32,000 nucleotides of DNA from Trichodesmium erythraeum IMS101 (GTDB lineage Bacteria > Cyanobacteriota > Cyanobacteriia > Cyanobacteriales > Microcoleaceae), in contig NC_008312.1 of assembly GCF_000014265.1 (NCBI RefSeq), positions 6,660,001 through 6,692,000 of the forward strand, given 5' to 3'. The notes under the pieces were generated by a model. It had not been told where the DNA came from, made no database searches, and was given only the letters and a program-made list of their open reading frames with translations. The translations under genes and the position numbers were made by a program. Shown here piece by piece: positions 13,177 through 22,447 of the stretch; the first letter of the stretch is position 1, and each line of letters starts with the position of its first letter.

Positions 13177-13482
13177 ATGCCAGAAGCAGTAGGTGTCATA
13201 GAAGCTATTGGTTTTCCAGGAATCTTAGCTGCTGCAGATGCGATGGTCAAAGCTGCACGAGTTACCTTAGTTTACTATGGTATAGCCGAAAGAGGCCACT
13301 TTTTAGTGGCAGTTCGGGGACCAACCTCTGAAGTTCGTCCTTCAGTCCAAGCTGGTATTGAAGCAGCAGAAAAAGTTTATGGTGGTATAGTGGACAGTCA
13401 TTATATTGTTCCTAATCCCCCGGAGAATGTAGAATCTGTATTACCACTAGAATATACAGAAGTTAGCGAACAGTTTAGATGA
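13177..13482 (+). CDS. ccmK3: Carboxysome shell BMC-H protein CcmK3
   Basis: BMC domain with GFPGILAAADAMVKAARVTLVYYGIAERGHF.VAVRG...HYIVPNPPENV. These substitutions are diagnostic for CcmK3. AGGAG lies 7 nt upstream of the ATG at 13177. The TTG at 13174 is the ORF-track start. Confidence 0.85.
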   Translation: MPEAVGVIEAIGFPGILAAADAMVKAARVTLVYYGIAERGHFLVAVRGPTSEVRPSVQAGIEAAEKVYGGIVDSHYIVPNPPENVESVLPLEYTEVSEQFR

Positions 13483-13601
13483 ATTTTGTCCTAAATTATA
13501 TTATAGTTTGGCTTAATAATAGTTGATTTATGGCAGACATCTAAAATTTTTACAATTAATTGAGAGAATTTAATTCTTAACTGAAATTTAGGAGAAATAT
13601 A

Positions 13602-13958
13602 ATGGCGCAACAAGCTGTTGGAGCACTGGAGACTAAAGGTTTTCCTGGTATCTTAGCTGCTGCAGATGCAATGGTCAAAGCTGGTAGAGTTACTTTAGTT
13701 GGTTATATTAGGGTTGGTAGTGCGAGGTTTACTGTTCAAATTAGAGGTGATGTTTCGGAAGTAAAAACTGCTATGGATGCCGGAATTGCAGCAGTAGATA
13801 AAGCTTATGGTGCTACCTTAGAATCTTGGGTAATTATTCCTCGTCCTCACGAGAATGTTGTGGCAGTTTTACCAATAGACTTTAATCCAGGTGTAGAAGA
13901 GTTTCGCCAACAAGTAGAAGGAATAACTGTACCAGGATTGCGTAGTAGTAGTATATAA
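13602..13958 (+). CDS. ccmK4: Carboxysome shell BMC-H protein CcmK4
   Basis: The sequence ..GFPGILAAADAMVKAGRVTLVGYIRVGSARFTVQIRGDVSEVKTAM...WVIIPRPHENVVAVLPIDF.. is typical of CcmK4. It sits immediately downstream of ccmK3, as in the known satellite locus. Confidence 0.85.
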   Translation: MAQQAVGALETKGFPGILAAADAMVKAGRVTLVGYIRVGSARFTVQIRGDVSEVKTAMDAGIAAVDKAYGATLESWVIIPRPHENVVAVLPIDFNPGVEEFRQQVEGITVPGLRSSSI

Positions 13959-14748
13959 GTTTTAATTAGCTAAAATATATACTAATTTTTTTTAACCGTC
14001 CACATTACTGTTGTATTGCTAAGAGTTATCCTCAGTATAATTTCAGTTAGTATTAACTAGATGGACGGTAAATATAAATATAAATTTAAGACCTTAATTT
14101 TGATGTCGCTATCTGTTATGATTTACCTTTTAACTATTGGGTGTAAAAGATTCAAAGTAAGCATAGCAAAATAAACTGTAATTGAATAAAATAGACATAT
14201 TTTTATATAATAAATACCCAAAAATAAATTAACTGTAAGTATTAAAATCGGCAAAAAAAGTGATTAGTAAAAACTTTATGTATATGAAATACATTATGTT
14301 TTTTTTGTTAAAATAATAAAAATAATAAAAATAGTAATGTAGTTGCTGAAAATTGAAGCTATGCTAAAAAATATTATGGCTACTATTATGGACAGTTAAA
14401 TATAAATCAATAGAACCTTGAATTAAAATGGCTAAAATCAACAAAGACTATCCTACTGGCATAGTCTTTATTTGTTTTAGATAAATTCTCTAGACTAAAA
14501 CTTATCTATAATAGAGCCGAAAAATATCACTATTAATTTGCTATTAATTATATAGAAATCCTAAATGGATACTAGTATAATTAATAATTTATACTTAAAT
14601 AAAGCAATCTATTGATCATTTAGAATGAATCAAATACTTTCTTAAGATAATAACTCTAACTCCTGTTTATTTTGCCTTCTGCCTCCTGCCTTAAAGTAGT
14701 ATATCCTATTTCTTTTACCAATCAGATAGGATTATTATAGATAACTTA

Positions 14749-15789
14749 ATGTTTGCCTACCTAACTAATTCTCATTTCCTGATATTTAATCTTATATCTG
14801 AAGTTATGAACACTTGGATTATACAACTACACAACTCTACGAATGAAACTACTTTTGTGACAATTACTGCTTTGATAACAGTGGTTTTTTGCTTTGGTTT
14901 GATTCCTACTGCTACAGATATTATGGTAAATTCTGCCGCAGGTTTAGCAGGTAAATATTTAGACAAAGACAAACGCACTATAGTAATCAATTCCAGTACA
15001 AATAACCCGGAATTATTTTTGATGTTGCTATCATTAATTCTTCGACGACTAGGTGGTATAGCAACTCCTCTAGGCTCAAATTTGGCTAATATTTATCTCA
15101 TGTTTATTGTGGCGCCAATAATTGTTATTAGTAAATGGATATTGATGGGCAAAATATCTGCTATTAAAAATTTTATCGAAATTTTTAACAAAGAAAAAAT
15201 GTTGTTTTTATGGCATCTTTTTATGTCATTATTGATGTTTACTTTTGCTACTACAGCTTACTGGTGTATTACAGGTAAATCTCAGTTTGCACCTTTGCCA
15301 GAAGGAATTAGTACTCGCACTTGGCCTTGGGTGGTTTTTGGTGGTTTAGTTTGTTTAATAGGGGTGTTAATTTTCTTATTTTATGAAAAACAATTTCAGA
15401 AAGAAAGACCAGAATTGTTTGATGATATTAGTACAGATGATTATACAGCAAGCTGGTTACAGTTTATTCTAGGGACAGCTTTATTAATTTTATTATCCTA
15501 TATATTGAATACATTCTTTATCGCCTGGACGGAAATTTATGATGATTTACTTAGTAGATTATTTGGTGATGCAGTTTTTGCAGCGCTGCATTATTTTTTG
15601 GGAAGTTTAATATCATCTTTACCAGAAACAATTGTAGCTGTAAAAAATTATGAACGTTTAACTTCGCCAGATTTGAATACTGCAATGGCATCTGCAAGTC
15701 AGTCAAATATGACAAATTTGGGCATAGGATTTTTTGGTAGTGTTTTAGCAAGTTTGCTGTTAGTTATGGGGATGAATTATCAGTTATAA
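14749..15789 (+). CDS. Polytopic membrane protein, divergent Na+/Ca2+ exchanger (CaCA/YrbG-like) fold
   Basis: The protein has about 10 hydrophobic segments. It has an alpha-2-like motif GSLISSLPETIVAV and a degenerate alpha-1-like motif INSSTNNPELF. An alternative start is MNTW at 14806. Confidence 0.7.
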   Translation: MFAYLTNSHFLIFNLISEVMNTWIIQLHNSTNETTFVTITALITVVFCFGLIPTATDIMVNSAAGLAGKYLDKDKRTIVINSSTNNPELFLMLLSLILRRLGGIATPLGSNLANIYLMFIVAPIIVISKWILMGKISAIKNFIEIFNKEKMLFLWHLFMSLLMFTFATTAYWCITGKSQFAPLPEGISTRTWPWVVFGGLVCLIGVLIFLFYEKQFQKERPELFDDISTDDYTASWLQFILGTALLILLSYILNTFFIAWTEIYDDLLSRLFGDAVFAALHYFLGSLISSLPETIVAVKNYERLTSPDLNTAMASASQSNMTNLGIGFFGSVLASLLLVMGMNYQL

Positions 15790-16129
15790 AAATAAAGCGA
15801 TCGCTATTTTTAGGGAGTAGAAATTAGCAATTAGGGAAATATAGCTACTTGAGCAAATAATCAAGTCACTATAAACTAATACCATCTCCCTTTTGAATTA
15901 ATTATTGGATCTCCTTAGTTGATTTAGTTATTTTTTTTGAGTATTATTCTTGGTAATTTGCATTAGTAAATACTACTTTATCAACCATAAATGTTGAATT
16001 TATATAGAAAAGTTTCTTGATGTATTTATAGTAATTTTATCAAGTGCAAAAATTAAAATTAATTATATTCACGGGATATAAATATAATTAATTTATTGAC
16101 ACATACAGGCTTGAATATAGGGAAATTGA

Positions 16130-17060
16130 TTTAACATTTTATTACTTCATTGTTGGATAATGAGTAGAAGTTTTAGAATTAGGTAAGCCATGAGACTAGA
16201 ATAGATTTGTCTGCTAATACCATTGACATTTTTGGTAATTAATCTATTTAGTTTTAAATGTATCTTTGAAAATTTCCATAGCAATTATACTTCCCACTTT
16301 TTTAGTTTTTCGGACTTATATCTCTGATATTTATTATTTAACTGCTGCCTCGACCTTCTCTAATAAATTCGCGACTAAGGTAAATTCTATTTTAGTCTCT
16401 ACATCACAAAAATTAATTACTCTATAAGCAAGATTATCAGAGAATAAACTAATTTTACCTAGCCAGATTAGAATTGAAACTCTAGTTTTTAATTATTCTT
16501 AGTTCGTACTATAAAATATTTGTCTTTTTGTCGTAATTATGCCATAAATCTGAGTCCGGCAAATCCCTTATCCATTACTACTACTGCATATAGTGGTAAA
16601 TTAGACATCATAGTTGCACCCTCTTTGTAATCATGATTATATCCAAAATTTAGAAAATTATCTTCGGGACTTTCTGTAGATAGATTCAGGGAACTAAAAA
16701 GTTTGACTTCATGAATACCTCAAACCCATAGCAACTTAATTGTTAGGGTAATTACTGTTGAATCTATTAGACAAATTGCATACTTGTAATATAAATTTTT
16801 ATGATTATTTGTATGGGATAATTGATATAATTTGCCATAAGTTTTTGGAAATATATATTGATAATTCTATCTATATTGGCTGATTAAAATGTTGAGATTA
16901 TAAAGTTAATTTATGTGTTATTTATATTTTCAATAAGTCTTTCAAACTTGTTAAGTTCATATCTAAAACTAGAACTCAATCTAAATACTGATATTAAATA
17001 CATAATCATCATTTTTGGGGAATGCTTTGAGAATGTATTTGAGAATCTTAGGATAATAAT
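16130..17060 (-). pseudogene. IS4-like DDE transposase relic
   Basis: Minus-strand fragments: ..AICLIDSTVITL.. (first D region), ..YAVVVMDKGFAG.. (second D region, 16540-16585), ..YRVINFCDVETKIEFTLVANL.. and ..KKWEVIIAMEIFKDTFK.. (RW-IE-FFK block). Stops and frameshifts interrupt them. Confidence 0.55.
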
Positions 17061-17429
17061 TAAAATTATTATTGACTAATTTATTCTAATTATTTGGCTA
17101 AAGTTTATGAGATTAAAAATATTTGTTGTAATTTTTGTTATGATTACTGTAATCTAGATAATAGTTTAATTTTTAAATAATTATTTGGAGTAAATTATTG
17201 ATGATTTTATAGCTGATTATATGCAGCAATAGTCTAGACAATATTTTTGATTTTTTTTAAGTAATAAAGCCATAATTTTTTGCAAATTTAATATTAATCA
17301 CTAATCATTTATATTAATTTATTACTAAATATATATAACTACCAGTATTTTTCCCAAAAATTTACAAAATAAGTCAAGCATATACCAGGTTGTAATGTGA
17401 TATTAGCTGATATAATAAAAACATCAATT

Positions 17430-17498
17430 GTAATAAATTGAGGAAATAGTAATAGTAAATTAGAGGTAATAAATTGAGGAAATAGTAATAGTAAATTA
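17430..17498. repeat. Perfect 33-bp direct repeat x2 (period 36 bp)
   Basis: gtaataaattgaggaaatagtaatagtaaatta occurs at 17430-17462 and again at 17466-17498, separated by gag. Confidence 0.9.
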
Positions 17499-17814
17499 AC
17501 TCTGATTGAAATTATTCACTTTGATTTAGCTTCAAGCACAAGAATAATTATAGGTATTTCATTATCAGTATTTTGGGACTAACTTTCAGATATAGCAACA
17601 TGGGTATCTATTAAGACAATACCAATTTTAGTAAGCACACAAAATTAATCATATATCTATAGTTAAGCTAATTTTTTTGCTTTCTAAATATGCTAGAAAA
17701 TAAGAATACTTAAATAATGAGTATAATGGTACTTATTCTAGTTTTATTTACTAACCTTATTTATACTTATATAATTACTAAATAACGGTTTTATAGAGAT
17801 AAATCATTAATTAT

Positions 17815-17840
17815 GGTGCGTTAACTTGTTTCAACGCACC
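17815..17840 (-). terminator. Hairpin immediately downstream of the TrpD-like gene
   Basis: GC-containing 8-bp stem ggtgcgtt/aacgcacc with a 10-nt loop, 9 nt after the stop codon. The trailing sequence is A/T-rich but has no clean U-run. Confidence 0.45.
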
Positions 17841-17848
17841 TACTAAAC

Positions 17849-18901
17849 TTATATCTCAATTTTTGCTTTAATTTCTCTCAACTTATCCCTAACTTTACCA
17901 CTATTTAATAAACTTTCCGCTTTCAACAAACCTTCATTAATATCAGAGCAAATTCCACAACGCCACAAATAAAAAGCGCCATTCCAAATAACTGCTGACA
18001 TTAACTTACTGGCTTTACCCTGTAGTATTTTTTGTATCTCTTCTACTAACTCTGCAGTTGAACCCAATACAACTTCCTTCCCTCCACAACTATAGTCACT
18101 CGGATGTAACAATAGACGTTCAAATGTGGCATCATTCCCAGATGACAACGATACCCCAATAATAGCTGTCCGATCGCGGGGCAAGTCACAACTTCCCTCT
18201 AACCCCTTCACCGTTGTATAATTCCTCAAACCATGTAATTCCAATACTTCACGAAACATACCTTCTGTGGGAGGATGAACATACCCTGCAGCTAAATGAA
18301 CTTCTCCCGCCAAGGGTACCCAAATTAATTCCATTATTGCGATAGGAGGTCGTTTACCAATATCTCGACGATGTTTTACTAAAGCATCTGCTTGAGGAAA
18401 ATGTCTTGGTAAATAGACGAACCCTAGACCAGTTTCCTCAAATACTCGTTGAACCTCCACCAGCGATAATTTTCCCCACTCAACCCCTAGTCCTTGCCAG
18501 ATATCAATAAAAGGTATGCCTTCTTTTGTCGGCATCCGCCTTCCACCGTGGATGACAACAAATACTCCTGCTGTTGCCAAAATTAAAGCTGTGAGTAAGG
18601 TGACAGGTGAAGTCCGCGATCGCCCATCATAAGGACAACCTAAGACGGTTACTGTACCCATAGATGGTTGACTTTTAAGTTTTGGCCCCAATTCATTATA
18701 GGTATCTAACATTCCTGCTAACTCCTCACCAGTGGGGCGTTTAATACGGTGAGCAATAAGAAAAGCACCTATTTGTGTAGGTGTTGCTTCTCCTAATAAC
18801 ATCATGCGCATTGCTGCTGCTGCTTCTTGGCGAGTTAAATTTTTACCTGTGTGGGTTCCACTGCCAATGATTTTGAGTAATTCTCGAAAGCGATCGCTCA
18901 T
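17849..18901 (-). CDS. Anthranilate phosphoribosyltransferase-like (glycosyltransferase family 3) paralog, non-canonical
   Basis: 350 aa. The N-terminal helical domain (..LTRQEAAAAMRMMLLGEATPTQIGAFLIAHRIKRPTGEELAGM..) is TrpD-like. VLGCPYDGRSRT replaces the canonical GTGGD PRPP-binding motif. Confidence 0.85.
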   Translation of the reverse strand: MSDRFRELLKIIGSGTHTGKNLTRQEAAAAMRMMLLGEATPTQIGAFLIAHRIKRPTGEELAGMLDTYNELGPKLKSQPSMGTVTVLGCPYDGRSRTSPVTLLTALILATAGVFVVIHGGRRMPTKEGIPFIDIWQGLGVEWGKLSLVEVQRVFEETGLGFVYLPRHFPQADALVKHRRDIGKRPPIAIMELIWVPLAGEVHLAAGYVHPPTEGMFREVLELHGLRNYTTVKGLEGSCDLPRDRTAIIGVSLSSGNDATFERLLLHPSDYSCGGKEVVLGSTAELVEEIQKILQGKASKLMSAVIWNGAFYLWRCGICSDINEGLLKAESLLNSGKVRDKLREIKAKIEI

Positions 18902-19383
18902 CTAACTTCTCTCTCCAGTTAATTAGTTAGTAGTTCTACATATAGTTAAGAATACCAAAACTGTTCTCGATCATTACTTTTTTTATGACTGAGACTTGAG
19001 GAAAAAATAGATGTTTTTCTTTTTCCAAACCTAAAATTAACTGTTTTTTTGATATCTTTAGGTTTGAGTTTTTTTGAGCTTTTTGGCAGTATTTCCTAAT
19101 TTAACTGGATTATATCAAATCTGCTTAATTTGGTGTGAAAAAATATTTCATTTTCAGCCCAGCCTGTAAATATTCCTAAATTTTTGACTTCTGAGCTTTG
19201 AGTACTTACTCCTAATTAACTATCTAATTTTATCAATGCTACCGAATTTTATGTAAAAAACCTCAAAGTAGCGCTAAGAATTAGTTGATCAATAAAAGTG
19301 CTTATGGCAATGCTAGGGAGGCAGGCTTTCCTCTCTGTTTCAGTTGTTGCGGAGTTCTCAATAAGTAGTTATCAGGATTTTAG

Positions 19384-20361
19384 TCAGAGATGACTTTGAA
19401 CTTTTAACTTTGAACTTTTAACTTGAGTGACTCTTGGTGGAATTATTTCTTTAACTAACTTGCAAAAATATTTTATTGGTGGAATTTTCATCCTATCGCT
19501 AGTTGTGACTAAAACTACATCACGACTCCAAACAGAATCTTTAGTTGAAGAGATCTTAGAAATGTTAGGAGTTTTAGCTATTGTTCTAATTGCTAGAGTG
19601 GGATCAACTCTGGCATCTAGTAGAGCTGAACTGGGCAGTAAAGCAATTAAATTTCCTTGTCTAACTACTCCTCGGAAAGCATCAAGGGTATTTAACTCTA
19701 ATGTTGCGTTCAGTTTTGCCCCTAATTGCTCAAATTGTTCTTTGACTAATCTCTGCATTCCATACCCATCTTTGAAGATAACTTGAGGGTAGTAAATAAG
19801 TTCTGCCCAGGGTATTTCTTTGTATTTAGCAAGGGTATGGTTTGCTGCCATTAATACTTCTATGGTTTCAGTGTATAGATGATGTACTATCATTTCTGAA
19901 GTGGGGGTAAATAAGTCATTATTCATAATGATCGCTACATCTACTAGACCGTCTTTGAGAACTTTGAGGATGCGATCGCTTCCTAGGGCAGTTACTCGTA
20001 ATTTAACTTCTGGATAGTGGCGACCAAATCTTTGCAAAACTGGAGGTAGGTAGTTAGCACAGACAGAGTGAATAGTTGCAATACATAATTCTGGTTGTTT
20101 TCCGGTGAACATTTCTGCTATTTCTTGAGTAGCATTTTCCCAAGCTTGACAAATTTTTCTAGCATGAGGCCACAAACATTCTCCTGCTAAGGTTAGTTTA
20201 GCTTGGTTGCTACGGTGAAATAAGATAGCACCTACTTCTGCCTCTAAGGCTTGCACTTGCCGACTGACTGTTGATTGGGTGACATTACATTTTTGTGCTG
20301 CTTCTTGAAAGCTACCCGTTTCTGCAACCCATAGAAACGCTTGCAATTGCTCTAGACGCAT
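19384..20361 (-). CDS. LysR-type transcriptional regulator (possibly CcmR/NdhR-CmpR clade; not verifiable here)
   Basis: 325 aa. The N-terminal wHTH is MRLEQLQAFLWVAETGSFQEAAQKCNVTQSTVSRQVQALEAEVG, followed by an LTTR substrate-binding domain. The C-terminal tail is encoded by an STRR-like aacttt(t/g) heptamer run. Confidence 0.9.
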   Translation of the reverse strand: MRLEQLQAFLWVAETGSFQEAAQKCNVTQSTVSRQVQALEAEVGAILFHRSNQAKLTLAGECLWPHARKICQAWENATQEIAEMFTGKQPELCIATIHSVCANYLPPVLQRFGRHYPEVKLRVTALGSDRILKVLKDGLVDVAIIMNNDLFTPTSEMIVHHLYTETIEVLMAANHTLAKYKEIPWAELIYYPQVIFKDGYGMQRLVKEQFEQLGAKLNATLELNTLDAFRGVVRQGNLIALLPSSALLDARVDPTLAIRTIAKTPNISKISSTKDSVWSRDVVLVTTSDRMKIPPIKYFCKLVKEIIPPRVTQVKSSKLKVQSHL

Positions 20362-20482
20362 GGAGTTTTTTATGTGTTATTTTATACAAATATTATCATA
20401 ACTTACGCAGGAGCACTGTATAGATTACCAAAAATATAAATATTTCATTTACATGACAATTAGAACCTTTAAGTAAGTTCTG

Positions 20483-20538
20483 TTATTGCCTAAACTTTTC
20501 TATAAATGCATTATTACCTAAACTTTCTTATAAATGCA
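20483..20538. repeat. Tandem 28-bp repeat x2 upstream of the LysR gene
   Basis: ttattgcctaaacttttctataaatgca followed by ttattacctaaactttcttataaatgca (25/28 identical). The junction reads ATAAATGCATTAT, i.e. ATA-N7-TAT, which fits the T-N11-A LTTR-box format. Confidence 0.8.
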
Positions 20539-20677
20539 AGGGTTTGAACAACTTAAAATTGTACCTAATTGAAACAATTATGTCTCAAATTTCACAGGTA
20601 AAATGGTCCATTTTCGTCCATTTTAAGTAAAAATTAGCTAAAAGGAAGTTGATTTAATGTAAACAGATAATTTTTGA

Positions 20678-20707
20678 AGACATAATTCACACAATTATGT
20701 CTTTTTT
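20678..20707 (+). terminator. Orphan Rho-independent terminator (candidate sRNA 3' end)
   Basis: Perfect 10-bp stem agacataatt/aattatgtct with loop cacac, followed by TTTTT. No annotated plus-strand CDS lies upstream of it. Confidence 0.65.
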
Positions 20708-20770
20708 GATTTTCTGATGGTATTGAACCACAATAAAAGCAACAAAAAAATAGGCCCATAGTTTAATGGA

Positions 20771-21512
20771 CAGGACTTACACAAATACACTATATATAGT
20801 GCATGCTAAATATAGTGATGTAGCTCCGGCCACCATTCTCCGCCAACGCTTAAAAATATAGAGGGATATAGCTGCCTAGCTGCTCCGCCAAGACCTCAAT
20901 ACAAGTACCATTGTTAAAACTAAATAAATTACCTTGAAAATAAAAACAGCCCTGAATTTTATTGTAAGCTTCTTGAATTCTTTCCTCGGATAACCTGAGA
21001 GTAATTTGTGTTTGACTTTATAAATAGTTTTTCCTATTTTCACTGCTTTTCACTGCTAATATTTTGAAAAAATTCTAGACTAACATAACACAGGCTACAA
21101 GATTTTTTTTAGTTTGCCTAAGACAATATTGACAAAATTATCTTGCCTTTAATTGTTTAATTGTGGCGTGAAATTGCTCAGTATTCTATCTACTATGAGA
21201 CTCAAATTATACAGTATCTACTGAAGATTAACTTCAGTCATTAGTAACAACATATTCTGCTGAGGTTGGTAGAAACACTTACACATAAGGAGATTAACTT
21301 TTTTATTTCCAAGAAATTACTTTTATTTTAATTATTTTACCTGATATTTTTTATGATTCATTCTCAGTTAATTCTCCAATCTTTTTATACTTTTCTACAC
21401 CACCAGTGTCGTCTACTAAATGATTAATTTTTAAGCGTTGGCGGAGGATGGTGGCGGCAGCTACATCGCTATATTTGTCTACACTATATATAGTGTCTTT
21501 GGATAAGTCCTG
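20771..21512. mobile_element. 742-bp non-autonomous element with ~88-bp imperfect terminal inverted repeats
   Basis: 20771-20858 is about 85% identical to the reverse complement of 21425-21512 (caggactta...cactatatatagtg...gatgtagct.c.gccaccat.ctccgccaacgcttaaaaat). The interior has no intact ORF. Confidence 0.6.
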
Positions 21513-21515
21513 ATT

Positions 21516-21665
21516 ATGTAATAGAGTTGTTTGGTGTGGAAAATTTTAAAATACTCAAAGGTTTACCATGTAATATTTTCAGCATTTTAGAACTCAAAAG
21601 CAAGCTGAAACTTCAACTGATAAAGGCTTTAACCATTTTTTTTCTTTAATTTCCAACAACAATAT
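21516..21665 (+). repeat. Dispersed ~150-bp repeat, copy 1 (paralog of 27458..27610)
   Basis: ggaaaattttaaaatactcaaaggtttacc.tgtaatattttcagcattt.ag.actcaaaagca... aligns with the copy at 27458. About 88 nt are ~78% identical, then a ~22-nt block is dissimilar, then ccatttttt..c.ttaatt.c.aacaa is conserved again. Confidence 0.6.
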
Positions 21666-22092
21666 CAGCAGATTAGTTATTTTAATTTTGTCAGTTATAG
21701 TAAATATTGCTAGTATTAATTATAAGTACCTCTGGCTAAATCAAAGGGTTAAAATACTGAAATTATTTTTTTTGATGACTTTCTTTATAATAACATCAAG
21801 TGATTAGAGATATAGGAATGGTTACTGATATTTATTTTCATTAAAAAAATGAACAATTTTGGGGAAAGCTTTTCCGAAATAACAGCTATATTTATCCCTT
21901 GATTTTTCCTTTCTTATTTGCTAAAAATACTAATATGTGTGAGTAAATAAAACTGAAAAACCGAATTTTTTTTTAACTTTTTTGATGGTTTTAACCTTTA
22001 TTTTTCAGCCCTAACTAATCATAAATTATTATATTTTGATCAGTAGTGGGAAAAGCACAGTTAAACATAATAAATATAATTAAGATCAGCTT

Positions 22093-22311
22093 ATGAATAA
22101 AAATCTAATATTGTTATTTTTCATTGTGGCTATAGTTTTTGTCAGTTTTGGAGATAGTTTAGAATTTATTCCTGAACCAATCCAAAATGCCAGTTTCAAA
22201 AGCCGTAAATTTGCGGTTGGGTTATGGCCTGATTGGTTGAAACCTAAAAATAGGAATGAACGTACGGAAGAAGCTTTAGAAAAGTTAGAAAATCCTGATC
22301 AAACAGAATAG
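22093..22311 (+). CDS. Small hypothetical protein with N-terminal transmembrane/signal segment
   Basis: 72-aa ORF with ATG start. LILLFFIVAIVFVSF is a hydrophobic N-terminus and the C-terminus is charged. I recognise no homolog. Confidence 0.4.
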   Translation: MNKNLILLFFIVAIVFVSFGDSLEFIPEPIQNASFKSRKFAVGLWPDWLKPKNRNERTEEALEKLENPDQTE

Positions 22312-22391
22312 TATTTATAAAGATAAGGGAAGAGGAAAATATAAGTTGTATCTTGACCAGAAAGTTAGATCTCAAGTTTCCAGTTGGAAGT

Positions 22392-22428
22392 AAGAGGTAC
22401 TGATAACTAATGACTGGAATTACCTCTT
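22392..22428. terminator. Hairpin between convergent genes (22093..22311 and ilvC)
   Basis: 8-bp stem aagaggta/tacctctt with a 21-nt loop, followed by cccttttcc on the plus strand. An alternative long-range pairing is gggaagagg (22327-22335) with cctcttccc (22423-22431). Confidence 0.35.
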
Positions 22429-22447
22429 CCCTTTTCCTAGAAAATTT

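Noticed and set aside
13995-14069. accgtcca/tggacggt inverted repeat downstream of ccmK4
   Set aside because: The 8-bp arms are separated by about 59 nt and there is no U-run. It is not convincing as a terminator and could be a small degenerate MITE.
14772-15751. Minus-strand ORFs 14772..14990 and 15551..15751
   Set aside because: They are antisense to the membrane-protein gene and have no motifs.
19026-19075. 10-bp-stem hairpin caaacctaaa/tttaggtttg followed by a T-run on the plus strand
   Set aside because: The loop is 21 nt and AT-only, and no plus-strand gene or promoter lies upstream. On the minus strand it lacks a U-run. Support for a functional terminator is weak.
19427-19786. 119-aa plus-strand ORF inside the LysR gene
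   Set aside because: It is an antisense shadow of the LTTR coding sequence.
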